Source of the DNA: Felis catus
Taxonomy: Eukaryota
Reading direction: 5' to 3'
Assembly: GCF_018350175.1 (NCBI RefSeq)
Contig: NC_058373.1
Location: 109,494,001 to 109,558,000 of the forward strand
DNA: 64,000 bases
A model generated the notes under the pieces. It made no database searches and was not told the origin of the DNA. It saw only the letters and a list, made by a program, of their open reading frames with translations. Shown piece after piece: positions 51,701-62,430 of the stretch. A program made the translations under genes and the position numbers. Each line of letters begins with the position of its first letter. Position 1 is the stretch's first letter.

Positions 51701-51930
51701 TAGCTATGCTGGACTTCACCCATCAGCCCCCTCAGACCCACTCTGCATTCTTACTTAACCTACGACCCAGGGTGAATATTTATAGACGGAATCAATGAGC
51801 TCCCGTGCTCTCCTCCTTCCCATGTACTTTAGCAGAAGATCAGGGCACAGAGCAGAGTGAGACTGGGTATCTTCTCCCCCACCTCCCTCCCTACCAGGCC
51901 TTGATTCCGGGCCAGCTGGGTCCTAAGAAA
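51634..51930 (+). repeat. ~300-bp direct repeat, copy 1
   Basis: acagatgccttatgactctc...ccagctgggtcc recurs at 56481-56780. Confidence 0.95.
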
Positions 51931-52150
51931 GGAAGGTCACAGCTCTCTCTGGGGTCTGATGGTCACTTCCTCTTCTTCTCCTTCAGCCTAGGGATGTTCA
52001 TTGCTTCTAAACAAGCATTCAGAGTGTTTTATCACCCTTTGTTGGTTTCCTTAACTCTGCCAGCACATTTATAAATAGCGACTCCATTCACTTGTCCTCA
52101 ATGTCTGGTTACAGTGTATCACTCGTTTCCTGCCTGGCCCCTTACTCATG
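51820..52150 (+). mobile_element. ERVL LTR fragment (LTR33-like)
   Basis: gagtgagactgggtat...ctccctccctaccaggcc and ttggtttccttaactctgcc...ataaatag...gtttcctgcc resemble the LTR33 consensus as recalled. Confidence 0.55.
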
Positions 52151-53269
52151 CTGTAGTCACTTCTCAAATTGTGGCAAACCCTTACTGCTTCTGCCCTTTT
52201 TCCCTAAGTGTCTTTAAGAAGCCGCCGTTTCTGTCAGAAAATTCTGAGGGAAGTTCTTAGGGATGGGTTGAAAACACTCGTGAGGTGTCACCCAGGGTTA
52301 CTCCCAATCGCCACCCACTGTCCAGTCGAGATCCCAGGCTCCCCACTACTATTTGTGTTAAGAGTGTTTTGCCTAACAACAGATCTGCACTAAGGACTGG
52401 GGTGGACTTTGCTCCTGTTCTTTGTTCCCAGGTGTTCACCTCATCATCCCAGTCCTTGACCGTCAACCCCAACAGTCACATTTCTGTTTTCATGAGGACT
52501 TTTCCAATTCCTCTTTCAAGGGGGGGGGCTCCTGGCTCCCAGCTGGGATATGCCAAGGATGTGAGTCCAGGTGGAGCCACCTTGGGACTTACCATATCCA
52601 GTCATTTGTCTGTGTCTCTTACTAAACGTGACGTTCTAAATTCGTTTTGAATGTGCTTGCTATTGCTATTCCAAGTCTATTAAAGACTAAAAAGACTCTT
52701 GAAAGTTTTCATGAATCCAAAAGACAAAGAACATGCTTTATTGGCATTAACACAGATTTTCCTGGCGTGTTGTGAAAAAAGGAACAGAGTTCACTTCAAC
52801 CCTCAAAATGTCGGAATTAAAGACACTTGCACAATACCAGAGTTTAAAAAAAAAAAAAGTCACAGAGAATCAGCTGCTGTAAGATTTTAGCACAAGCCCT
52901 AGATGATCACGGACTTTCCCCCAAGCTAGCAATGCAGTTTTACCCCTATAAACATGCAAAATTTCCAAATTTAAAAAATGACAACTTAAATTTAAAATCT
53001 GCTAAATGGGAAAGAATATTTGTGATTAATCATTGTGGCCATAGCTTTGGGAGAGCATCCCATGAGTCTAAAACCAGAGTTGAGTTCTGTACATTTTTAA
53101 ACCTAAATGATGGATCCAGTTCACATTTTCTCCTGTTGTTTCATTTTTGTTTTTGTTTTTATCACAAAGGGGCCTCTTCAGTCAGGAGGAGCTTCAAGAA
53201 TTTTGCTCGGGAAAAGAATCACCCAGAACCAAACACGTTTCAATTTGAGCTACTATTGCCCTCCTCTTT

Positions 53270-53494
53270 TTTTTAAAAAATTTTTTTTTCAACATTTATT
53301 TTATTTTTGGGACAGAGAGAGACAGAGCGTGAACAGGGGAGGGGCAGAGAGAGAGGGAGACACAGAATCAGAAACAGGCTCCAGGCTCTGAGCCATCAGC
53401 CCAGAGCCCGACGCGGGGCTCGAACTCACGGACCACGAGATCGTGACCTGGTTGAAGTCGGACGCTTTAACCGACTGTGCCACCCAGGCACCCC
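53270..53494 (-). mobile_element. Can-SINE (SINEC_Fc), young
   Basis: TSD tgccctcctcttttt. Confidence 0.94.
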
Positions 53495-53624
53495 TGCCCT
53501 CCTCTTTTTAATCTGAGCACTTTTTAACCTGAGATAAGTGCTCAGTTAAAAGAAGGAGGGAGTATTTTCTCTAAGGAAGCTTGCAATTGGATTTTCTTTG
53601 GGGGCTTGAGGACAAAGCCTTGGT

Positions 53625-53630
53625 TTTATT
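53625..53630 (-). terminator. Candidate GPHB5 poly(A) signal
   Basis: First canonical AATAAA I found on the minus strand after the stop codon (~440 nt downstream). Confidence 0.35.
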
Positions 53631-54072
53631 AATATCTGGCCCTTTGATCCTAAATCTAGTTGAAGACCAATTGTTAAATAAGAGATGGGAATTTAAAGAC
53701 TTTCTAGACCCATTTCCTAATTACTCCCACTGCCCTTAAACTATTGGCGTATTATAAATCCAGATTGGAGGAGGATTGTGGTATATACAAATTACGTTCT
53801 GAGATTCAAGGCAAAGATAAATTAATTTGCAAGTGTATGAACCAGAGAAATTATTTCACGAAAACACAAATGTTGTTTTGCATTTTTAGCATCAGTATGC
53901 TGCCTCTGGGCCTTAGGCCGGAGTTGGGCCTAAGGGAGACGGATAACCTCCTCCACAGGTGGTCAGAATTAAACAGTCCTTGAATCCAGGGGGTATAGCT
54001 GCTCAGGCTGCCCGTGCACCTGGGTCCGTGAAGCTCAAAGCTGCCAGCTGTGTTCTGTAGGCCACGCCAACT

Positions 54073-54261
54073 TCAGATGGTCTCGCACTCCGTGGTGGCA
54101 GTGGAACAGGCCCCGCAGTCACAGCGGACAGCCACGGGGTAGGTGTAGAAGGGGTCCACTCCAGGGGCGCAATTGGGCAGCTTGACCGTCACCTGTCTGG
54201 TCTCGTTGTAGGTACAGACTCGATGATGGGCTTCAATGTAGGGGGGTTCCAGAATGGGCTT
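54073..54261 (-). CDS. GPHB5: GPHB5 last coding exon: [62 protein letters not shown]
   Basis: Read manually on the minus strand (not in the ORF track); tag acceptor; cystine-knot cysteines and NET sequon; total 130 aa with 10 mature-region Cys. Confidence 0.97.
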   Translation of the reverse strand, partial: KPILEPPYIEAHHRVCTYNETRQVTVKLPNCAPGVDPFYTYPVAVRCDCGACSTATTECETI

Positions 54262-54344
54262 CTATCCTCACGGGTAGAAAACAGGGAACCCATTAGAACA
54301 TGCCATCTTGTTTCTTGTCCTCCGTACCATTAATCACTTTCAGA

Positions 54345-55135
54345 AACTAACTCGTTAGTCATTTGTTTACTTGTGAATCTGTCTCTTCCCAACAGAAAGC
54401 AAATTCCTGAGAGCAGCAACCTGCTTTCTGTACCATATCCTGAGCTCCCAAAGAGCCCATGGCACATAGCAAGTGCTCAATAAATATTTAGCAAATGAAT
54501 AATCCTGATCATTGCAAAAGTCTTCTAACTGGTCTCTCTTCTACCATCACCCCCTATGGTCAATTTACAGCACAGCAGCCCCAAGTGATTCTTTCAAAAT
54601 GTAAGTCAGATTCCTCTCTCTTCTCTGCTCAAAGCCCCAATGATTTCCCATCTCACTCAGAGTAAAAGTCAAAGACCTTCAGCCTCAAGACCCTCCATCA
54701 TCTTCCCCACCCCTGCACCCCCTGCTATGTCTCCGACCACCCTGTCTTGCTGGCTTCCTCACTCTGCTCCAGCCACAGTATCTCCTGATTGTCCCCCAGA
54801 TCCACCAAGAACAGCAGCGCCCCAGAGTCTTTGGCCTGCTATTCCCAGGGCCCAGAACATCCTTTCCTGACCATCTTATTTATAATCACAACATCCCACC
54901 TCCACACGCTGCCACTTCCCACCATCTTCCTGCTTTTTCTTCTGCATAGCACCTGTCATTACCACAGGACATATTACATTATTTTATTAATTTGTGTTGT
55001 ATTTTTCCCACTCTAAAAAGCAAATTCCATCAGGACAGGGATTTTTGCCCATTTTACTCACTGCTGCGCCTCTACTACTCAGAGTAGTACCTGTCACCCA
55101 GGAGGTTCTCGATAACTATTTGTTGATTTAATGAC
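54345..55135 (+). mobile_element. L2 3' fragments
   Basis: tggcacatagcaagtgctcaataaatattt; tcttctaactggtctc...ttcaaaatgtaagtcagat. Confidence 0.7.
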
Positions 55136-55301
55136 AGAAAACAGCAAGGCAGCTTCTGGAATGCCCTGTGCGCTGTTCTGATAATCAAAGGATTCACCTC
55201 CTGCCTTCAACTCTCGTAAATCTTGAATTCAAAGATAATTTCGTGAAGAGCATATAGATCAGGAAATCGGCACAAAGTAGTAGTTAAAATCCCAAACCCT
55301 G

Positions 55302-55872
55302 TAGCGGAACCCCCGTCTTCCAATAATTCACCAAAACGACCACCACGAAGGGGAAGAGAAGAGGCACCCGCTATGTGTTCTCTAGGCCTTTTAGGAGACA
55401 TGGAGTTGCTTTGGCCACGTGCATGCAAATCTACAAGAAAGGTGATGTTGTGCACATCAAGGGAATGGGCGCTATTCAAAACAGAGTGCCTCACAAATGT
55501 TAACTATGCCAAGACTGGCAGAGTCTACGGTGTCACCCAGCAAACTCTTGGCATCGTTGTAAGCAAACAAGTTAAGGGCAATATTCTCGCCAAGAAAATT
55601 AATGTACGTATTGAGCATGTTAAGCACTCAAATTGCTGAGATACTTCCTGAAGCGCGTGAAGGAAAATGATCAGAAAAAGAAGGAAGCCAAAGAGAAAAG
55701 TCCTTGGGTCCAGCTGAAGCGCCAGCCTGCTCTGCCCAGAGTAGCACGCCTTGTGAGAACCAGTGGGAAGGAGCCTGAGCTGCTGGGGCCCATTCCCTAT
55801 GAATTCATGGCCATGAGTGTTGATAAATAAATAAATAAATAAATAACCAAAAGACTGTGTAAAAAAAAAAAA
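55302..55872 (+). pseudogene. RPL21P: RPL21 processed pseudogene, antisense within the last GPHB5 intron
   Basis: Intronless RPL21 homology ([10 protein letters not shown]...KTGRVY...[18 protein letters not shown]...IPYEFMA); start mutated to ACG at 55336; frameshift/stop near 55501 and 55640; poly(A) at 55861-55873; degenerate TSD 55286-55301 / 55873-55888. Confidence 0.95.
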
Positions 55873-56365
55873 ACAATCTCAAATACTGCGGTCAGACCCT
55901 TGACCTTGAGCCCCTGTTCTTCCACTTGCTGAAGACCTTGGAAAGTCCACTTGACTTCTGGAAGCCTCAGATTCCTCCTCTGTGAAACAAAATCTCGACT
56001 TCACAGCCGTGTTGTGGAGATACGGTAGGATGACATGCACACCGCACAAGGCCCAGCACCAAGTAAGTGCTCAGTAAATGTAATCTATTGTTCTTATCAG
56101 GGTAGTTGCAAGGATAAGGAAGTAACAACAAAAATAACAACTTACAAGCTTTCAAAAACCAACGCCTTCACCTGTATTGGGTGAATAAAATATGTTAAAC
56201 GGAGGCCCAGGATGAACTTCTTACGTGAATGTCGCGGGAATAATGGCTCTGCCTTTGACAAGGACTTCCATCCGATATCACTGCCTCCTCCTACTTTTCA
56301 GGTAGCATTTTACCCTCCTCAGTTTGCTGCACGTCCTCTTACCCTCAGTAATTTGGAATCTCAAG

Positions 56366-56862
56366 CAGGGGTGCCAGGTAAAATCTAAGACACTCAGTAA
56401 TATCTGAATGTCAAATAAACAACAAAATTTTTTTTAGTATAAAGTATGGCTCTACTCATTGCATGGGTAATAAGACGCCTACAGATGCCTTATGACTCTC
56501 ACAGCCAACAACACTGCCTGTGACATCTTGGCTAAGCACCCCAGAAGATAGCTATGCTGGACTTCACCCATCAGCCCCCTCAGACCCACTCTCCGCTCTT
56601 ATTCAACCTCCTACCCAGGTTGAATATTTATGGACCGAATCAACGAGCTCCCGTGCTCCCTTCCTTCCCATGTGCTTCAGCAGAAGATCGGGGCACGGAG
56701 CACAGTGAGACTGGGGTATTTTCTTCCCTCCCCTCCCTCCCTGCCAGGCCTCGATTTGGGACCAGCTGGGTCCCAAAAAACAATTGCTGTTTATGTGACA
56801 CTCACATTTAAGTGAAATCATGGTTTGGTTTGACTTGGTTTTTGATGAATCTGGCAACCCTA
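56366..56862. mobile_element. MER53-like palindromic MITE split by a ~310-bp insertion
   Basis: Termini cagggGTGCCAG and CTGGCAACCCTA; arms aaataaacaacaaaattttt / aaaaaacaattgctgtttat; left arm 56366-56467, right arm 56775-56862. Confidence 0.75.
56481..56780 (+). repeat. ~300-bp direct repeat, copy 2
   Basis: Roughly 85-90% identical by eye to 51634-51930. Confidence 0.95.
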
Positions 56863-57695
56863 ACCCCAGGCCATGAACAAAGGCTCTTTTCGGCAATAGT
56901 TCCACCTTTGAAGTAAATCCAGCTGCTTTGCTGTCACAGACATCCTCATTTTCAGACATGCTCTCCAGTTAAGTTACCAAAAATAAGCACTTTATATCTC
57001 AGAAACTTTTAGATTACTGGGAAAATAAATCTTGGCCTCTTATCTTAAATTTTCTATACATAACCTCCCGGTACCTAGTACAGTAAGGGCATAAATAAAA
57101 GCTGGCTAACATTAAGGAGAATCTTGTTGTCTAAAGGTCTTGGTGCTTCTATTTCTCCAGTGAGGACACAGTCCCTGACCTCCTGCGGGTGACCAGGATC
57201 CAAGTAAAGACATTCATCAATTTTTAAAGAGAAGCGAAGACGAGCTGAGTTGAAGGAAACAAGGTTTGAAATGTAGGCCCAGAGAGAGTTCCAAAGACCA
57301 GAGAGATGAACTTCGAGTGGGGATAGGCATGGCCAGGCCGAGCCCTGAGTATGAGAAGATGCCAACCGCCCCCCGCCCCCCACCCCCGCCCAAGTAAGTT
57401 TGATGTCAAGTCATAGCCACAGTATCCTTAGTAATTGAATTTTTATTTGGCTCTTAAGTCTCAAGCCCCTGGATGATGCAAAAATAAAGCTAATTAGGTG
57501 GAGTCATTTTATGTAATTTGGAAATTTTGTCACCAAGACCCAATCCGTTTATGGGGCCATAATTTTATCTAAGTGACAGCAGGTTGCTCTCTGAGTCCCT
57601 GAATGGATGGCTGTTTTTTCCAATGGCAGTGTCCTCTCATGGTGTTCACAGACTTCTAAGTTGGCATCAATTAGGTTAAAAGATGTATGACTCCA

Positions 57696-57815
57696 GGGGC
57701 ACCCGGCTGGCTCAGTTGGAAGAGTATCCAACTCTTGATCTCAGGGTCATGAGTTCAAGCCCCATGTCCGGTATAGAGATTACTTAAGAAAATAAATAAA
57801 GTTTAAAAAAAAAAA
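57696..57815 (+). mobile_element. Short old Can-SINE
   Basis: TSD tgtatgactcca. Confidence 0.85.
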
Positions 57816-58978
57816 AGTGTATGACTCCAGATAGAGGTCAATCCCACATAATTCAACAAATATTTATTGAAGGTCTTTTTCATACATGACACTGCAACAA
57901 GGGCTAGCAAAGGCAAAGGAATGAAACTCCACTCTCAAAAAACTTAGAACCTAGCGCTGTGTGGTGGGGGAAAAAATAAGGCAACAGGTGAACACAAGTC
58001 AGGGGTGGCCAGCAACTCAGAAAACCTCTGGGGAAGGAGTTGGCACTGGACGCAAATATCAAAGAATTTATTTAATAATGACAGATAGACATGAGAAGGG
58101 ACATGAGAAAAAGACCAAAAGTGAGATTTCATGAGGGGTGTTTAATAAACCTTTTCAAACTCAGTCTGACAAGACCAGGGCTCGGAATATGTACAGACCC
58201 CAGGAAAACGGGCAGACTTCATATTACTGAAGACCTCAGAAGTTGGTTTTGGAATTTGCAGTAGTGGGGAGTCATCTAAGGTTTCTGAGCCAGGGTGATG
58301 GTTTTTGAATCAGAGCTTGTGCTTAGTAACCAAGCCAGGCCTCAGTAGAAAGAGTCAACAGTCACTCTGGGGTATGATGGGATAGGGTGCTAAATGGGCC
58401 TCTTTTCTGCTCACCTGGCAAACATCTCCTCATCTCAGCCCAATAGGGTTTGAACTTTGTCCAAGATTTGTATCCTCATTTTTAATGCAATGCCTCTTAA
58501 AAGGCTGGATATCATTGAATACAAAGGGACTTCGTGGATCTGTGGATGATAATCCCTGAGGTCCCTAAGAATTGCAATGGGGAGTTGGGGCAGGGCAGGG
58601 CTGTGCATGAGCCACTGAGGGAAGAATCGAGGACCTGCCCTACACCTGCTAGATAGTTCAAGGCCTGCCTCTTGGCAATTGGCTGGCTGTATCACAGGTA
58701 GAGGAATATAGAGAAGTGTGGGTGACATGCTTGAACCAAGGATTTATCCCTAACTTTCTACTGACTGTCTAAGTAACTTTGCAGTCATTTACTCCTTGAA
58801 TTTCTCCTGCCATCTGTAAAGTGGATAGAATAATAGCACATCATAACCCCCTAAAGATGATTCCCAAATATACGACACTGTGTAAAATAAAAATATTAAT
58901 TTTATCAGTGCTTTGTTAGAGGGGCAAGATCATGCTTCTTTCAGATTACTTTTGGAGAATGCCAAATAATTGTTATTT

Positions 58979-59201
58979 AAAAAAATTTTTTTTTCAATGT
59001 TTATTTATTTTTGGGACAGAGAGAGACAGAGCATGAATGGGGAAGGGGCAGAGAGAGAGAGAGGGAGACACAGAATCGGAAACAGGCTCCAGGCTCTGAG
59101 CCATCAGCCCAGAGCCTGACGCGGGGCTCGAACTCACGGACGGTGAGATCGTGACCTGGCTGAAGTCGGACGCTTAACCCACTGCGCCACCCAGGTGCCC
59201 C
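58979..59201 (-). mobile_element. Can-SINE (SINEC_Fc), young, in GPHB5 intron
   Basis: TSD taattgttattt. Confidence 0.94.
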
Positions 59202-59334
59202 TAATTGTTATTTTAAAGAAATTCCGCAGAAATGCCCCACTCTACCTCATTTTATTTAAAAAGTGAACACTTAGGATTCAACCCAGGCGGCCGACCCTGA
59301 AGGCTTTGCTACCTGGGCTTGTCTTGAGACTCAC

Positions 59335-59538
59335 CTCCCAGGTCTCACAGCGGCCCCAGCAGGCATCCGTAGTGATCCGAAGGCCCCTGCAGCCAGGCTT
59401 TTTGGCCAGGAAAGTAAACTCCCTCACGGCACAGCCCACAAAGGTGAGCAGGTTCCCACTGGACGTGCTGAGAACACAGCTGCAGCCAGCTAGGAGGAAG
59501 AGGGCCATGGGGCCAAGGAAAAGGTATGCCAGCTTCAT
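59335..59538 (-). CDS. GPHB5: GPHB5 (glycoprotein hormone beta-5, thyrostimulin beta) first coding exon, 68 aa
   Basis: MKLAYLFLGPMALFLLAG signal peptide followed by GCAVREFTFLAKKPGCRGLRITTDACWGRCETWE; GCCATG start context; GAG|gtgagt donor; acceptor AG at 59547-59546. Confidence 0.97.
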
Positions 59539-60570
59539 GGCGTTCCTTCAGAGAGGGAAAGGGAAGAGGGTTTATTAACAGAGCCAGCGTCCTTCCAGGG
59601 GGCGACCAGTGATATGATGGTCATTGTCAAAGGCACCTTGCTCTTAGCATTTCGGAAGAAATGAGCCAAGTATGTGTAAAAGCCCACAGACTCCAACACA
59701 GGTGCCCGAATTCTCTTCTCCCTGACTCCAGTATGGTTTCCATGGACCCCCTGTGCTCATTAGACACCCACCCCTCCCAGGGCATCCTCAGGCTTTTCCT
59801 TGTTGCAACCCAACTGCTGGACTTAACTTATGTGTTCAAGAAGTTTGTTCCAATGGTCTCTTCAAAATAAATTCAAAATATGAGTCACACCAAAAGTAAT
59901 GCACACCCTAACATAACACATGAAATTATTTATGCTCAGATCTAGGGTACTTGGTGCCATGTTACCTGCCTACACAAAATTACACTTTCAGTGTCGTGGC
60001 TGGAAAATTGGAGGGGCGTAGATAAATGAAAACTGTATGCCCCAGATGTATGGTTACTAACCCAACCCACCATAAAACATGCGTATGCACAAGATATTAT
60101 GAAACCTGGCACCTGACTTGGCGACATCATAAAAACGTATCGTATTAGCTACCAGTTGCCTCTGCTCTATGCCTCCCCTGTAATAGGCACCCGGTTGTGA
60201 TTCAGTTTAAACCTACATATTGGAAAGCATTAGATTTAAAACATAATCCCAATTTACTGTCAGGTCTATTCTTTCTGGGTCTTGGTCATTTTCTGTGCTT
60301 TTCCGGGAGCCAGAATCATTCCCTTTGCGCTTGGCCCCCTGGACAGAGCCTACCTGGATGTTAAAGTAAGAGTGGACACTGCATTTATGGAACATCCTCA
60401 ATTTGTTGTTGCTTAAAATCATTCATTATTGCTGCAAAGTTATTTACTTTGAAATCTGATCTCTCGGTCTGATGCACTTCTACCGATCCACTTCTGATCT
60501 GTCACCTTAGCAGGGTTCTTCAGACTTCCCTTCTGGTGGAATGGAGTTACAAATATGGAGAAGCACTTAC

Positions 60571-60680
60571 CTGATCTTGCTGGAGCGAACTCCTTTTAAG
60601 GTTCACACTTGCACCCAAGATTCCTGAAAATCACGATGAGTGATAGAAGATTGCTCTGGGTAAATGTCTCTACCCTCTGT
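60571..60680 (-). other. GPHB5: Putative non-coding exon 1 of GPHB5
   Basis: Consensus donor CAG|GTAAGT at 60571/60570, about 1 kb above the first coding exon; no upstream ATG; start site estimated from the TATA-like box. Confidence 0.6.
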
Positions 60681-60701
60681 CACTGGGCTGCTTGACTGCT
60701 C

Positions 60702-60712
60702 AAATATATAGG
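60702..60712 (-). promoter_or_regulatory. TATA-like box of GPHB5
   Basis: Minus strand reads CCTATATATTT, about 130 bp upstream of the exon 1 donor. Confidence 0.5.
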
Positions 60713-61711
60713 AAGGGTCTTGTCAATCAAAACAAAAGAGAGGCAGATCCCTACAGGAACCACTAAACACATCAAAGCCTTGGGATATAAAGCCAGTCTC
60801 TATTTTCCAAAACTGATTAACTTACAGGGTGTTGTTTTGTTTCTTAACATCACCTGCTGAAACAGAAAGTTACCTTGGTGGGTGACATAATCCTAGGGAA
60901 ACAGTCAAAAGTAGTTCACCTGGTTCTCAGGGGAACAAATGCACTGGGGCAAGATGGATTAATTTCCCTTCACGGGCACCACGGCTTTTCCTTCGAAGCA
61001 GGAGTCAGTTACTAGCAGCTGACAGCAAACGCTTTCCCTTAATTCACAGAACATTTCAATACATTGAAAATAACAAAACGATAATTCTTCCTGGAAAGAA
61101 CACAGGATCACTAACTGAAAGGGTGGAAATCAAAAGGAAGAAACCTTTTGAAAGTCTTAAAATCAGTTAAGTATTAGATATTAACACTTTAAAATGAGTC
61201 ATATAAAAAAAAGTTTGAATGTTTGATGTGATTACCTTCTGGCATGGGAATTAAAGATGATTTTTCATTTCTTTCATATGGTTTTCAGCATGTTTCGCAT
61301 TTTCTACATTGGGCAGCTTTTATAACAGAAAATCAATTAATATTGATACCTCAGGAATTAAAATAAACCAACAAGTATACATTTGTGCTGCATGTAATGA
61401 TATTGAATGGTGTCCTAATAGAAATATTTCATTAGATTTCTGGCTCTGGAAAGTCTGAGAATGAAAGAGTATTCTTTATGAGCATGGGACGCAATTTCTG
61501 TTCCAATCTACAACAGTAGCATACAAATGGATTAAAAACCTCGTTGGTCATGGCATTATTCTGGGTGCTCTAAAAAATAAATGAAGCAGACATCATCCCT
61601 GCCCTTAGGAGTTTACATATCACAGCAAATAATGACATAGCCAGAGACATATAAGAAGCACATTAAACAAATAATACTAAATAAAGAAGTTTTTTTAAAA
61701 AAAGAATTCTT

Positions 61712-61938
61712 GGGGCGCCTGGGTGGCGCAGTCGGTTAAGCGTCCGACTTCAGCCAGGTCATGATCTCGCGGTCCGTGAGTTCGAGCCCCGCGTCGGGCT
61801 CTGGGCTGATGGCTCAGAGCCTGGAGCCTGTTTCCGATTCTGTGTCTCCCTCTCTCTCTGCCTCTCCCCCGTTCATGCTCTGTCTCTCTCTGTCCCAAAA
61901 ATAAATAAACGTTGAAAAAAAAAAATTAAAAAAAAAAA
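61712..61938 (+). mobile_element. Can-SINE (SINEC_Fc), young
   Basis: TSD aaaaaagaattctt. Confidence 0.95.
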
Positions 61939-62209
61939 AAAAGAATTCTTATTTTCTGCAAAGAAAAGTGTTCTTTAAATAGAAACTACTCATTCAGAGC
62001 CTGATTTTTTTTTCAAAACATGTAACTACCCTCAGTGAATCCATCACTATACCATCAATATACCTATCTCTAGAGTCAGATTATTATGTGTTTAATAGAA
62101 AATTGAACTGGGCTCAGAATAAAGGACTTTCTTCAGCCCTTCAGCCTGTGAGTAGCATAACCAGAACTGGGGCACTGTGGGACAGACTGCTTACCCGGTG
62201 CGATCTTCT

Positions 62210-62430
62210 TTTTTTTTTTTTTTTTTATGTTTATTTATTTTTGAGAGAGAGAGACAGAGCGTGAACAGGGGAGGGGCAGAGAGAGAGAGAGGGACACACA
62301 GCATCTGAAGCAGGCTCCAGGCTCTGAGCTGTCAGCACAGAGCCCAACGCGGGGCTCGAACTCACGAGCTGCGCGATCATGAACCGAGTCGAAGTCGGAC
62401 GCTCAACCAACTGAGCCACCCAGGCGCCCC
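62210..62430 (-). mobile_element. Can-SINE (SINEC_Fc)
   Basis: TSD-like ggtg(c/t)gatcttctt. Confidence 0.92.

Noticed and set aside
54238..54250. Possible frameshift at the homopolymer run in GPHB5
   Set aside because: Six bases give GAA CCC CCC TAC, in frame; the protein is intact at 130 aa.
55373..55830. Functional RPL21 retrogene
   Set aside because: Start codon lost, frameshifts and premature stops.
59590..59610. CTCF-like CTTCCAGGGGGCGAC in GPHB5 intron 1
   Set aside because: Mismatches at the 5' core positions; too weak to call without ChIP data.
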